Source: Xylographa opegraphella (Eukaryota). From it: 64,000 bases of DNA. A program made the translations under genes and the position numbers. The notes under the pieces are model-generated. The model was not told where the DNA came from and searched no databases. It worked only from the letters and a program-made list of their open reading frames with translations. Location: positions 62,001 to 126,000 of the forward strand of contig JALDZX010000057.1 in NCBI GenBank assembly GCA_022813865.1, read 5' to 3'. Of the stretch, positions 49,400 to 64,000 are shown one piece after another. Positions within the stretch are counted from its first letter, which is position 1; each line of letters begins with the position of its first letter.

Positions 49400-50230
49400 A
49401 ACGCTGGCGCCTTGAGATTCCAAGGGTCACAACAAGGTAAGATGAAGCTAAAGTGAAGTCCGAACGGCTATAGAGCTATCAAGAACTCAAGGAACAATTG
49501 CAGTCCCTACGCTGCTCCACATATATGGTCTACTATCAACCGACACAATGAAGCACACTCTACCACTTGAACGGAAGTCTAGTTCAAAGCAACACAGACG
49601 ATGAGACGACTCGTAATCCTGAAAAGAACCAAACAACTTATGAAGAGACTGCTGCGCGTATCAGCACTGGAACACAAAGGGAAAGATCAACTACGGCGGT
49701 AGCATGAGCGGGGTTGAAAGCCACCATGCAACTAGTACAGTTAGCTTTCGCATGTCACAGCTGGATAGCGGAAGGTCCATGTGTCGTCCCAGTCGATTCC
49801 TGAAGCTCATACAGGATGCGTAATCCTTCATCATGCAAATATTGTACATAGTAAATGGTGGATGGCTATCCCCGGGAGAGCAATCGGCTCGGGCCAACCA
49901 GGCTAAGCCTCATACAGGTTATCCTTACCCTAGTTGGACCCTAAAGCGCTTGGCAAATCTCAGGGGAAGTGCTGCGGCGTCGGAAGATTGTTTCAAGTGA
50001 CGACGAGTCACCAAGGACGAAGGATGAAGGAAGTGGCTGTTCTACTTGGCTCTTCATTGTAGCAACCCTATTGGCGCACCACATACATAGCAATGTCTAT
50101 GGCTGTTGCCTGGCCAGGATGAAGGTATATGTCGATCGTTCTCACCTCTGCCTTGCCTTGTTTTCGTTGCTGCATCATAATACATGCCCTATGCCCATAC
50201 AGGTAGTGGGCGAGTGTCAAACAGTTCAAA

Positions 50231-51978
50231 ATGGCCATGGCTCTTGATGCTGAACCGTTCACTTTGGTGGAGTCTACGACCGAGCCTCCTACCGTTGTTT
50301 CCGGTGACTTCAAAGATTTCTTTTCTGGCAAATCCAGCGATCTCGACGTTCATTTGACAAAAGCCATTCGACGTGATTATCCCAATCACACGCTCTCCAT
50401 TGTCCCTGTTACTAGGGCCATCAACTTGCTTGCTTACGCATACTCTGGCAACGCCGCTGCTGCCCTAGATACGAGCACGGAAGACATCATTCGATGGCGT
50501 AGCTGGCAGCCTGGTTTTCGTGGTCAGCCTGGCGAGCTTGCCAGCTCCATACGTTTTGCCAAATACAATTATACTTGGCTTGGTGAAAAGTTCGTCATGT
50601 ACTGGGTTCCGTATCTAAATTTGGTTCTTCAATACATCGTGCACGAATGTGCTGCCGACGAGAAGGTAACGGACCAATCGAGAATGGTTGATGAGCTGAT
50701 TAAAGCCATTGGGGAGTGGTCGGCTCCCGACGACAAGTTTGTTTATGTGTACGATAGCCGATGGGTTGCAAGTCGGGCGTTGTATGACGAGATTCACAAA
50801 TCAAGTTGGGACGATGTCATCCTGGACGACGTTATGAAAAAAACACTGACAGATATCGTGGGAAACTTCTTTGATAGTAAGCGATCCGCTCCATGAAGGG
50901 TAGGATATTTCCAACGTTGTTCTCTAGGCAAAGATGTATACGACGAACTTGGTGTTCCATGGAAGGTAGTACCGCTGATGAAATTGCCTCTGCTGGCATC
51001 AGCTGATCTATAGATAGCGGGGGGTAATATTTCATGGTCCTGCTGGGAATGGAAAAACCGTGTCTATAAAAGGTATAGCATGTGACTGAGAGCTCTTCTA
51101 CCATTCAGATAATTAATGGGAATGCTAGCTATCATGAACACTCTAGCTACTCGCGAGAAGCCGATTGATTTGCTTTACGTTAAATCGGCGCCTAGCACAT
51201 TCAACATTCGCGACGTTTTCACGGTCGCTCGTAATTTCGCACCCTGTCTTCTCGTCCTCGAAGATATCGACACCATAGTGACCTCCTTTACTCGATCTTA
51301 CTTCTTCAATGAGGTGGATGGCTTGGAGCGCAATGATGGAATCATGATGGTAGCCAGTACCAACCACTGTAAGTCAACCGGAATCTCGTAACACAGTTCT
51401 GATACCAAGCTTCATCTTGACCAAACACAGTGGACCAACTCGATCCCGGTCTCTCCAAGCGGCCCTCCCGCTTCGACAGGAAATACTTCTTCCCCAACCC
51501 ATCCCAATCCGATCGCACCCTCTACTGCGAATACTGGCGCACCAAGCTCCGCAGCAAACCCAGCGTCCACTTCCCCAAGAAACTCTGTCCCGCCATGGCG
51601 CGTATCATGGAAGATTTCAGCTTCGCCTACATGAAGGAAGCCTTCGTCTCCACCCTGCTCGTCATGGCCAACAATCGTACCGATAAAGGCCTGATGCTAC
51701 AAAGTACCGACGGCAATGACGACGGCAGCGACGACGATTTGGACGACTATGAGCTCTGGCGCGAGATGAAGAAGCAGGTCGCCCTCTTGAGGGAGGACAT
51801 GGGCAGCGCGAACCCGTCGAAGGCCTTGACGGAGGAGCATGTGGGGCCGGGGCCCGATGACCTCGCCGTCAACTTTGATACCGAGGGTAAGCCGACCATC
51901 AGCACGAGACCAATGAAAGGCCTGGTTCTTGATCAGCGGAAGTTCCCTGCGCAGTTCATGCGCGACAGTGAGTATTAA
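50231..51978 (+). CDS. AAA+ ATPase (uncharacterised fungal family), multi-exon
   Basis: SWDDVILD, Walker A GVIFHGPAGNGKT (about 51020..51060), Walker B LLVLEDID, FFNEVDGL, ASTNH and the second-region-of-homology motif LSKRPSRFDRKYFF. GT-AG introns join the ORF pieces. Confidence 0.88.
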
Positions 51979-52333
51979 GGCGCGAAATGAGCAGTAGTGG
52001 TGGTGAACAGGAAGTGATGTTTTTGAATGTGATTTCGGGAGGGCCTCGCGATCGTGGAGTAGTCAACCGGATTTCAGGAACGGAGAGACTGAGTTGCAAA
52101 TAAACACCTGTTCCATAAAGCAGCTGTGCCATGGGTTGTATTTAGCTATGAACAATGAGGACCCCACCTTGACGGAACGCGACTTGACGGAAGGCATCAA
52201 AACTGTCTTTGACAAGGGCCCGCGAGCTTACGATCCTCTGAAGTTCTTTTTGTACTGGCTCCAACAGGAGCTCTTGTATTCATCAACATTGAAGCCACAC
52301 ATGATGAACGAGGTTATATACAAATGTCCCACA

Positions 52334-54187
52334 TCACCATTTCATCTCACCACCAGCCCGGAGTCTGCTCAGCGCCACCCCCAAGACCCCTGATACCACA
52401 TCTTCCTCTCTCTCTCCCGGTTTCCACCTACTCTTGAGCTCATCCCAGATCTCCAGAGTCCGCCCCTCCCCGCTGCACTTTGCAAAAGCCCTGACCGCCC
52501 ATATCGCGATCCATTTGGCGACCACCACGTTCTCCGTCTGGTTATCCACCATCCCTAGAAAAGATTCCCATACGCTTTCAAGCCGTGCTCGAGTCCAGAG
52601 GGAGTAGTGACCCCGACCATGTAAAGAAAAGCCACGAAACAGCTCTAGAAAAATCCGTCCACGGATAGGCAGCCCTAGGACTTGCAGATCGTCCAGAAGA
52701 GCAGCAATGCGTTGAAGCTCGCCTGTATGGGAAACGTGGTGCGTGAGGAGGACAACAATTGTATGGAAGTTAGGGGCTAGCGATTGCTCGTCTTGAAGCT
52801 GCTGTTTCCTGCTCGAGTCCGCGTCGAAAGCTGTAGCAGCACGGTTGAGCACCCGACCTAGTTCTCTGGCTTCAGACCAGCGGTTGGTGGGGAGCTTCCG
52901 GCCGGTGCGACGAGTGTACATAATTTTCATACGTTCGTAGACCTGATCGGCAGCCGGGATTTCGCCAGCACGTTGCAAAGATGCGATCACACAGTTGAGA
53001 ACGGCGGTGTCAACAATCTGGCCATCGTTGACGAAATCTCGGTAAGCTTTCCTGACGCCGTTACCGTCGCCACGAAGGCCGTAATAGTAGATCAGTCCTA
53101 CATGCGCGTACCGGTTAATTCGTAATTTTCTAGCTTCCATCTCTTTCAGGATCATCTCGGCCAAGGCAAACTTGCCAGCCTTCGCAGCAATATCGAACAA
53201 GATGTTGAAGGTTACATGGTTACCAGAAACCCCGGCCTCCTGCTCCATTTCTTTCCATGATCGGAGAGCCAGCTCGACTTCTAGAGAGGAGACTTTTGAG
53301 AAGCCTCGACCTACAAGGTGAATCGCGCTGCTCCATTCGGCCGTGCTTAAGGGAATCTCGGCTGCTTTCATATCATCCACAACGGAGAGGTACCATAAAA
53401 TTTCATTTCGCACTTTGTTCTGAATTACTGATAGTCTTCGAAGCAGTGTTCGACGAATATCTTGTGTAAGATACGAGACACCAGGAAAAGGAAGAGCTTG
53501 GTAGTTTTTATAGAGTTGCTCGTTTGAAGTGTTTCCATTCATGACCGCTTTTGTCAAAGACTCGATTGCCGAGTCAATATCAACCAATTCAAGCTCCATT
53601 ATAGTGGCCGTCTTAGACAAAACCTCATGACGTCTCTTTTTATTCAATGGTTCCTCCGCTGATGAGCTGGTCTCAGGAGACTCGATTTCTGGTAATCCGG
53701 GGGTTTTCAGAACTGGCTTCCTAGGCGGGTCTGTTTGGTATATTTCCCTGTAATAATCGAGCATAGCTAGATAGTCATCCCGAGTCGAGGTTTTATAGAT
53801 TGTTAAGCAATGAGTTTTGTCTGTCGCAGATGTATGGTAGGACATGGTGTCCGCTTCGAAGAAGCTGAGCTGCCTCCGCCGTAATTTATGGAGGAGTGAA
53901 GTAGAAGCTGAGTGCAGTGTCTCTGACGTTTTGCTGTATGGCGCGTGTTGACGGCAAGTTCCAGCCTTCACCAGAGCACTGATGAAGAAGTTGTCCATCT
54001 TCCGCCGCTTAGCAGCATCAGCGCAGCGGGTTGACAGTATTTCCACTTGCCGTTTATATTGGTCCTTTCGATGATTCTGAGACGCTAATTGAGAATGCGC
54101 CGGGAATAAGAACAATTGAGGGTTGGATCTTAGCTTTGTGACATTGGAGCTGCTCATCGACCTGCCGGAGGTACCAAGAATTGACAT
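52334..54187 (-). CDS. Pentatricopeptide-repeat protein, probably mitochondrial
   Basis: PPR-like ~35-aa units: HVTFNILFDIAAKAGKFALAEMILKEM, TAVLNCVIASLQRAGEIPAADQVYERM and APNFHTIVVLL. Confidence 0.8.
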   Translation of the reverse strand: MSILGTSGRSMSSSNVTKLRSNPQLFLFPAHSQLASQNHRKDQYKRQVEILSTRCADAAKRRKMDNFFISALVKAGTCRQHAPYSKTSETLHSASTSLLHKLRRRQLSFFEADTMSYHTSATDKTHCLTIYKTSTRDDYLAMLDYYREIYQTDPPRKPVLKTPGLPEIESPETSSSAEEPLNKKRRHEVLSKTATIMELELVDIDSAIESLTKAVMNGNTSNEQLYKNYQALPFPGVSYLTQDIRRTLLRRLSVIQNKVRNEILWYLSVVDDMKAAEIPLSTAEWSSAIHLVGRGFSKVSSLEVELALRSWKEMEQEAGVSGNHVTFNILFDIAAKAGKFALAEMILKEMEARKLRINRYAHVGLIYYYGLRGDGNGVRKAYRDFVNDGQIVDTAVLNCVIASLQRAGEIPAADQVYERMKIMYTRRTGRKLPTNRWSEARELGRVLNRAATAFDADSSRKQQLQDEQSLAPNFHTIVVLLTHHVSHTGELQRIAALLDDLQVLGLPIRGRIFLELFRGFSLHGRGHYSLWTRARLESVWESFLGMVDNQTENVVVAKWIAIWAVRAFAKCSGEGRTLEIWDELKSRWKPGEREEDVVSGVLGVALSRLRAGGEMKW

Positions 54188-54424
54188 GGAGTGTGACGCA
54201 TTGTGTCAGCTGTGCGACTGCAGGCCCATCGGTCTGCCAATAACTCATATGTGTACTTCTATTATCATTCTCAAATACCCAAGGTGGTGCTGAACGGTTA
54301 TAGTCGTTTGGGTGGTGTCTTGACATTGGGAAAATCCGCTCGTAAGGCTGAACGACATACCCCTGCCCATTAACTTCAACATTAAACATCTGAGCGAGCT
54401 TACTAGAGCACACACGAATACTGC

Positions 54425-55257
54425 ATGGGACGCTATAACTTTCGCCCTCAGCGGGTATACCAGGCTACCACTCAGCTTCTCTCAACAGGAAGACTTACGG
54501 CACCACCATCCTGGTACAACATTGTCGGCAATGTACCGCCACCTCAGATACTTGTGCGAACACAACCTATAGAGCATCACCGACGATCGAGGACAAAGAA
54601 ACCGAGCAAACTTTTCCAACCTCAAAACATAACATATCCTGAAGATAAGCTGCGGAGGGAGTTCTTTGGTGATCATCCATGGGAGCTGGCAAGACCACGG
54701 GTTGTCCTGGAGAACGACGGAAAGGATGCGCAAACAGAAGATTGGAGTCAGATAAGACAGCCAGGAAGGCCGCTTGACGGAGAGAGGTAGAGATCTCCAA
54801 CATGTATGAGCAAATTGCCTGGAGTTAGTAATACTGACCAAACCTTAGTGTGGTCCGAAGACAAGCATGGCTCATGGAGAACGTTCCCAAGATATCCAAG
54901 GCCGGTGCATACGACCAGGCCAGGAGAGAGTTTTACGAAGAGCGATTGCAGGAAGATGTCGAAAGGCGAGTAGCGAAAGAGGAAGCACTGGCTACTGGTG
55001 CTTACTTTGGCAAGTCGATGCTCGAGGTAGGGATGGAGCTGGAAGACAGAGAGTATGAGAGGTGGCGCGAATGGGCCAGTAAGGAAGTTACAGAAGCGAA
55101 GCAAAGACAAGCAGCAATGTATACGGGCGTGGACAACTCTTCGATGACGATCTCGGCCGACGATCCTGAAACGATAGCTGGCATGGAAGACTTTGAAGAA
55201 GACAGTATACCAGCACAAGGTCAAGAATCATTGGGAGGTATGCCAGTAAAGCCGTAG
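54425..55257 (+). CDS. rsm25: Mitochondrial small-subunit ribosomal protein mS23 (Rsm25)
   Basis: [52 protein letters not shown], an intron at about 54787..54848, then [32 protein letters not shown]. Confidence 0.92.
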
Positions 55258-55938
55258 CATCCATTTTTCCCTACTGTTCATTCAAAGATCACTAATGAAA
55301 AGACGTTTGTGAATTGTATTTACGAAGTGATTTCTCATGTGATTAGAATTTAGTGGTGACGCTTCTTTGAGGTGAGTTACAGTTGTCAATGATAGTTTTT
55401 CCCCTAAGGAATACTTTACTGTTGCTACGATTTAAGATACGCCTTTAGTTGACATGTCCTCTGCTCTACTCCAAATACTACTCTGTGAGCATTACATTCC
55501 GGCAGCATGTATGCAGTTTGTGCAGTTATCTGTTGATGTCATACTCATTGACGTCTAACTTTCTCTTCCCTCACAGATCCTCAGTATGTGGCTACTCTCA
55601 CATCAAATTGTCTTGTACTCATGCCTACTCTTTACTATTACATATGATTCACTATTGTTCTAGGACCGCTCCTTTCTTGGCCGGTCTTCCTTTTCCAGTA
55701 TATATATTGTCAATTGTTCAGAACTGTGCTTTTTTCTCAGACAGTTCCCAATCACAAGCATAACCCATCAAGATACCATCAATGCATTAGGCAGTATTCA
55801 TACGCTTCGATCCTCCAACAAAAGCCCACCCTGCCCGTCTGAATATATCTCTACATAAATTTATCTCGTGCTCTACCACGTGCGTAGTTGTAGCCTAATA
55901 ACAAGCTTCTTATCAGGTGTTCTATCCGTCAGCAGACA

Positions 55939-56744
55939 ATGGAAGACTTTAGCATCACCTTTGAAACCTCTAGCCCGCGGCCTTCAACATACACCGACAC
56001 TAACACACCATTAGACTGTTACCGCGATGAGTGGAAAGTCTACATTGTCGACAAGATCTGGGCTGGCTACAAGGTATTTCCGATTCTACCCAACCAGGCG
56101 GAGCGTAAAGAGGGTAGAGCGATCTCGGAAGCCTTGGCAGTTGCCTTGAATAACGAGTATGGGCCTTCTGGCGCAACAACACGCGCTGGGCCACATAAGC
56201 AGTTCCTGGTGCTGAAGGGCAATGAAACCAACGTTGATGCTGATGATGTTGAAGCCATCTTCAGAGCCCTGAATCGGAAGAATAAAAAGAGTGGTATACG
56301 TTTCGCGCGCAGGCCATGGAGAATGAATGGAACGGAACGATGTCAAAGAATGGAGATGCATGGTTGATCAAGCCCCGGAGAGCCGAAACCACATACCTTT
56401 TTTGCACTATTGGTGAAAATACGTTTAGCACCCTTGGTCACGCTTTTGCAAGCATCACGTATAGGCAATACCATTGGAGCCAAGCGCGCAAGGAGAACTT
56501 TATGTTACGTGAAGCGAAAAGACGAGGGAGCTATTTCAACCATCCGGTGTACACGAATCAAAATCTCGACAACCTGTGGAGATATTGGGGAGGTGAGAAC
56601 TGGGACGTGGAGGGGCCTGAAAAGCCATTGGACGCCGATGTGCTGGGAATGGTAGAAGCCAGACTCATAAGTAAGGGGGTGGTCTGGGAAGAGGCCGATG
56701 ACACTCCGAGCAAGAGCGGGCCTCTTGTACACCCTGCAGACTGA
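55939..56744 (+). pseudogene. Orphan gene split by an apparent 1-nt frameshift near 56285
   Basis: Two overlapping protein-like ORFs (55939..56367 and 56316..56744). Adding one A to the AAAAA run at 56284..56288 gives a continuous ~268-aa reading ...RKNKKEWYTFRAQAMENEW... Confidence 0.5.
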
Positions 56745-57480
56745 CATCGAAAGTCCACAGGCGGTGATCTCAGCGGAAGCAGATAGGTGGCAGGGTTTAG
56801 ATCAGAAAATCCGTGTCTTTCGGTAGCGGCGAGACGTTAGGAAACCGCCAACAACTGGTCATCGGCATGGGTCCCTGCAATCCCTGTTTGAATACCTGAG
56901 TACTGTACTTCGGCACAGGCGCCAGTCACGATTTGTCTATGAATTTTCTTTGCTTTTGCATGCAACTATGTTCACTTTGGTAATGACTTTCCCTTTGTAA
57001 TTGCGTGCGCGCATGTTTGGACATTCGCTGGACGATTCCGAGCAGCCAGACGTCGTGTATCTGCCATAACGGCCTCCTAGACCGCTATAGATGAACAATT
57101 ACGTCTGCTGTGAAACAGTTCAGGATTTGCTAGTGAATATGATTGTAAATGCCCCTGAAGTAAAGTCACCACCTCGAGGTCCACACAGTCCATAGTCGTC
57201 CAGCGCTGCACGAAGTAATGCGAGCTCCTTCATAATACAAGCTCCCTCGTATCTCGGCAGCCTCGGTGCCTCGTCAATTCAATGGCGTCATCCGGGTCTA
57301 GACCGAGGCTTTCGGACGAGCTGTCTGACAAATTTGTTAAGCAAGCTGCTCCAAACCTGTACATATTTGTCACAATAAATAGACTGGGCTAAATAGCTGA
57401 AGTCCAGAACCACATGTGGTTCCAGAGGGAGGATTGAGGGATTCGAACAGCGACACCTTAACTATCGCCCACGTCATTGA

Positions 57481-59109
<1,629 letters not shown>

Positions 59110-59236
59110 GGGATTCTGCGGTGCTGACCAGATTCGTCGAGAATGCTGTTGTAGAAGATATCGCCAGTGAAATAGAATTCAAGTTCGCGAATGCACAGGG
59201 ACAACAGATCATGTACAATTTGTATTCCATTTGCTG

Positions 59237-59264
59237 GACTACCATACAGTGACTACCATACAGT
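59237..59264. repeat. Perfect 14-bp tandem duplication
   Basis: GACTACCATACAGT x2, downstream of glr1. Confidence 0.9.
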
Positions 59265-59723
59265 TATGAGGCCTTTGAGGCCTGACAGTACGGCTGATGC
59301 TCCTTCATGGTAGCATCATCCGCTAGTTTCAAGTTATTCGCACTGTCGTGACCGACACAGAAGGCCGCTATGCTCCCATAGGTACAAAAATCATGCAGCT
59401 TAGCCCAGCTGTGGAGGGTGATAGATGAGGACAAACACGATCGGTGTACATGACAAAGATGTCTCGTACGTGATCGTTTCCTCCTCAATCGTATCGTACA
59501 AGTCGTTAAGATCATCGAAACACACCGAAAACTCACATACAAGAAAAAAAGCCGCCAATGTGCGGAAACCCAATACTTTTAGATGGCTCCAGGTGGTGTA
59601 CCTTTCAGATACACCGCCTTGTACCGTAACTTTCCGATGTGACGTTTTCGACTCCTGACAGGTGTCCCACCTCATATTCCTCAAAGCGCCACCAGTGTGA
59701 GTACCAAGTCGAAGTATCCTCAG

Positions 59724-59786
59724 GGAGCAGTAGAAAGTTGGTGTGGAGTAGTAGAAAGTTGGTGTGGAGTAGTAGAAAGTTGGTGT
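59724..59786. repeat. 21-bp minisatellite x3 just downstream of the SOG2 stop
   Basis: GGAG(C/T)AGTAGAAAGTTGGTGT x3. Confidence 0.95.
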
Positions 59787-59802
59787 AGTACATGGTGATC
59801 AA

Positions 59803-62800
59803 TCACCGCCGATAGAGATTTTGTTGCATGCTTAGCAAATTATCCGCTCTCTCGAAGACGTTGCCGTGGAAACTTCGATCGAGCCCAGCGGAGTATGCCG
59901 GGGTGCTAGGCATGGTGGCTAGAGCAGCAGGACCCAGTGCTGCAGACATTGGGGTCGCCGGGCCGCTATTCATATAAGGAGTAGATCCGGAACTAGACTC
60001 CTCCCGAGCTCGGTGGTGAGCTCCATCTTGGTATGCATTTCTATGATATCGTCCATGGTGATATCCATTCACCTGTGAAGTTTCTTGAAGTTGTGAAATG
60101 CTTACAGCCTCCTGCGGGTTACGACTGAAATCTTTGAAGTCAACTATCTTCTGCCAGGGAGACATTTTGAGGCTCTTCGCAGCAGCTTGGAGTGCTCTAA
60201 GAGTTGGACGAAGCGTGTCGATGATTTCCGTGTCGATAATATCGAATTTCTTCTTACCATCTCGAATGAGTTCAGCAAAATCCCCAAAAGAATCACCATA
60301 TCTAGTGCAAAGTTTCCAAAAATAAGGAGAGACGCGCACTTCAGGGTCTTTGAGCTTGATAGTGGATAGCCGATACTTCAACGTTTCGCAGATGTCGGTA
60401 CAGCTTCTCCCTCTGTTGAGTAGACTGTTCCAGAAGTCGATTATCTCTTGTGGCGCACGACTATTGCGTGCGAAGACCAGAGACCTATTGAACCTTCCCA
60501 TAACTCGTGGAATTGCTGAGAGACCTTGATCAACAGAGAAACTAAATTCAAGGTATATCTTCTCAAAGATAACATCCTGATCCTGCGAAGTAAAGTCTGG
60601 AGATTCGAAAGTCGTATCCATGGATGGATGGATGGGTGTTCCAGGAATGAGGAATGATTCCCCGGATTTCGGAGTGTTTGCTACCGAACTTGCAGTAGAT
60701 GCAGTGAGATTGTTTGTCCGACTATTTGACCGACTTCTACCATTAACGTACAGTGGAACTGCAGCGTAAGGGTTTGTCGAAGACTTCATATACCCGGGAT
60801 AGCGAGTATGGTTGATTGTCGTCTCACTCCGAAGCCTGTGGGGTGGTTGTGGTGTTTCCGTTGTAGGCGTGTTTGAACGACTTGAAACCCTTTCTGATAC
60901 TTCCATGTCGATATTGTCTTGAACCTTTGTGTCTCGAGGTTTTGCACTTGGTGGCAATGTGAGGGCTTGAAGTTTCTTTTTGCATTTTTGTAAGGCAAGT
61001 TTTGTCTCTGCAACTGCACCGAATACAGAAAGTAGGAGTGTGCGTATATACCTGTGATCGTTGTCGCGTACAAGGCCTGGAATGCTAGGAGTAAGCGTAT
61101 CCATGACTCTGCTGTACGCTAATATAGATTCACGACAAAGTGTAGCCGCCTTCTTGATTGATCGAGCGCATTCGGCTTTGTTGTTAGAAATGCGAAGCTC
61201 CTTGTCCAGTTGACGGATTTTTGCGGACGCATCAAAATAAAGAGTTTCCAGACTAGTGCGGTCGGTTGCACTATCATTCGTCAAGTGAAGCAGCCGGCCA
61301 ACTTGTGATTGCACTTGACATAAGCAATAAAGTACACCTTTGGAACTCTCAACAATTTCACTTGCTGTGGGTGAGCGTCCCTTGATTTCAGGAAGACTTG
61401 ATAGCCGGCGAACAAACGTGGTCCGTTGACGATCCGTTTCATAAGGACTTGCCGGTGTAGACGATCCGTTACCACTTACTTTCCGAACTCCATTGCTACT
61501 CTTCTCTCGCAACGCTGAAGCGTGACTGTAACCACGGTAGTGATTGCTGTTCCTGTTTGCACGTGTTTCGTCTACTGTCCCAAGATCAGATGTTTTACGT
61601 GTCACAACTCCCATGCGTTTGTTTTTCGTCGCTTGCAGAACACTCTCGCTATTGCTTCGATTTCTCTCACTACCGATGATCAACGGAGTCACACCCGGAC
61701 GGCGTGCGTTAGCACTCTGCAGTAAAGAGTTCTGTCCTGACGCGATCCGGTAATGTGAGCGTGCTGGTATAGCAGGTTTCACAAAAACAGGCGATCTCAT
61801 TGGGGTACTAGACTCAGATTCACTAGTTGTAGGTATGATTGGGAATCGAAGACTAGAATTCCGCTTTGTGGGTCGCGGAGTTTCCACTGGACTCTCACTA
61901 CTACGATACACATTAGCATGTCTTTCATACCTCTGCTCCATTCACCATACCTCGAGCCAGATTCCAGCGCAGCTGCTTCATGTTTCAGGTATTGTTTTAT
62001 CTTGAGAGTTACCAGAACGTCTTTACCATTCTCTGCAAGTGGTGTGACTAGAGGTGACGGGTTCGTATCGGTCCCTTCAACAATGCGCCTTAGTTTTACA
62101 TCCAAGGGGTTACCAGCCAACTTGAGAATCCTTAGGCTATCTAGTGATCCCAGGGACAATGGAACACTATCGATATTGTTGTTCATCACTGAAAGTACCC
62201 TAAGAGTTTTGATCTTGATTATGTCGTCTGGGATTCGAGTTAACCTATTGCGGCTGATGTCCAAGATCTGAAGCTTTGGCAGTTCACAGATCTTTCAAAT
62301 GGTCAATCTGTGATCCCCACACTCGAAGACACGCAAGAGACTTACTGCCATAGGCACCTCGGTGAGCTGGTTTCCTTTGATATTGATGAAGGTCAAAGCA
62401 GTGCATTCGGAAAATCGAGTCGGCAATTCTACAATATGGTTATATGGTAGCACAAGTCTGTTACACGATGTAAGTAAGGGCCCTTGACAATACCAGGCGC
62501 GACGCATGCAGGGTGCCTGAGTCCAGCTCACCTCTCCACATCGCGTTTCAAGACGCGTACGGCTTCAACCGGTAGATTACGAATTCTTTGACGGCTCAAG
62601 TCAATCGTCAATTTTAGTTTCACAGCGTCTCCAACGCCCTCACTATTTTCCAAAGACTGCTGTACGGCTCGGCGCTCAGTCTCAACCACTTTCCGGACAA
62701 GCGCTGTCGTCTCAATGCTTGATAATACGGGCGCCGGGTTCTGAGGGTTGCTGGGCGTCGGCCCGTGATACGTTAAGGGAAACTGAAAATCCATCACGTT

Positions 62801-62987
62801 TCGACTATACAAGCACGTCAGCCCACGGTCTCACGATTTTAGGTACGACAATCACAAACGTCGAATACGATGCCTGCTGAGGCGTTGTATATCCATCATC
62901 CGGCTCTCTGGTCTCTTCCCATGCCCCATTAGGCGTTGCAAGATCCTTCGACATGTTGAAGTGCGAACGTGGTGTCTGGTTTGTCAT
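59803..62987 (-). CDS. sog2: RAM-network leucine-rich-repeat protein Sog2, multi-exon
   Basis: N-terminal LRRs (IDLSRQRIRNLP, LVLPYNHIVELP, INIKGNQLTEVP, LDISRNRLTRIP, LSVMNNNIDSVP, LKLAGNPL), then ERNRSNSES, HYRGYSH, RYIRTLLLSVFGAVAE and ATPMSAALGPAALATMPSTP. The start is ATG 62987 or 62954. Confidence 0.85.
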
Positions 62988-64000
62988 GTGTCTGGTTTGT
63001 TGCTTTGACACATGCGCCCGGTCACGTCTGTGCAGCCTTGGGCGCGTTCTTTGTGGACTTGATAGCCTCGTGTCAAGCCTCAGTGCTCTCAGAGATACCC
63101 CATACCAGATGAAGGTACTCCGTGAGCAATAAGGTCTTAATCAGACGACGGATATTCACCGAGAAAGATGGTATGACATGTTGTTCATGCCCAGGCCCTG
63201 TCAACTGCAAGGTACACCGGGGGATGTGCAACGCTAGCGTTAGCGGCCGCACCCACGTGACGTATGTGGACCACTGAATGTTTCGGAACACTCCAAAGGC
63301 CTGTTGGGCGCACGTGTACACAGTCGAGACAGTATGGAAGGACACATCTCCTCCCGGCAGGGGATTCGTTCTTGATTTCGAGCTCTCTTCGAACCCCTGG
63401 TGATACTGGCTCCGCCAAGACTGTGCTTTATCTACAATGTTCCTGAAGAATGCATTCCGGATAAGAACATACTGCGTATTTCATCCGAGTTACCTACAGT
63501 CAGGGCGTGGCCGAGAAAATGCTTATGGGAAGGAGTATCGAAGACTTCGGGGTTTTAGCGCTATTCATGGGCAACAAGAAAGATAATCAAATACGGCACA
63601 AAGTCTAATTGCTACAACCAGTCATCCACGGTGGCTAAGTTGGCCGTTAATGTATGATACCCATCATCGCCGACGGACCAATGGATTCCCTCGGGCGCCT
63701 CAATTTGGCAGAAAATTTCTTCGTACTTCTGCAATAGATGCTCATTCATTCCATCAAACCATCCGCTAATCACCTTAGGATAGTTTAAGTAGAGTAGTTA
63801 AGCTCGTCGTACCTAAGTTACTAATCTTCGACCATATATCATCCACGCCTTTTGGACGTCCTTACCATCCTAGAATACTTGAAAAGTTAATCCATGGTCA
63901 TTTTTGAAGCTGCTACCTTGTCTCCAGTGCCTTCAGGGAACTCTAGCCACAGCTGACGGTCTTTGAAGTCCTTGGAAGCCCAGCCACTCGTTGAAAACAA

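Noticed and set aside
63073..64000. ORFs upstream of SOG2
   Set aside because: Short, motif-free and not convincingly coding.

Overview
Gene-dense, intron-containing DNA from a filamentous ascomycete (Pezizomycotina): short GT-AG introns with CTRAY branch sites, one tRNA gene, and no recognisable transposon, CRISPR array or secondary-metabolite cluster. Recognisable genes in order: sconB/MET30 F-box protein (5' part only), haspin kinase, a multi-exon CCCH zinc-finger protein, mitochondrial resolvase CCE1/Ydc2, RRN6-like Pol I factor, SPC25, exportin CRM1, tRNA-Asp(GTC) with intron, a GNAT acetyltransferase, a single-TM protein, ornithine carbamoyltransferase, a DUF3984-like protein, STS1/Cut8, MTR4, a KHDC4/BLOM7-like KH protein, a short RecQ helicase, an orphan membrane protein, an AAA+ ATPase, a PPR protein, mS23/RSM25, glutathione reductase and SOG2. 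Three probably disabled genes lie among them. Most notable observations: (1) the glutathione reductase gene has a mitochondrial presequence-like extension with no in-frame AUG, best started at a GUG in strong context; (2) two apparent GC-AG introns share the donor GCAAGC; (3) several GC-rich islands switch from C-rich to G-rich at their centre; (4) both RNA-binding-protein genes carry one unusually long intron with alternative-splicing potential. All family assignments come from motif recognition by eye; no database searches were run.
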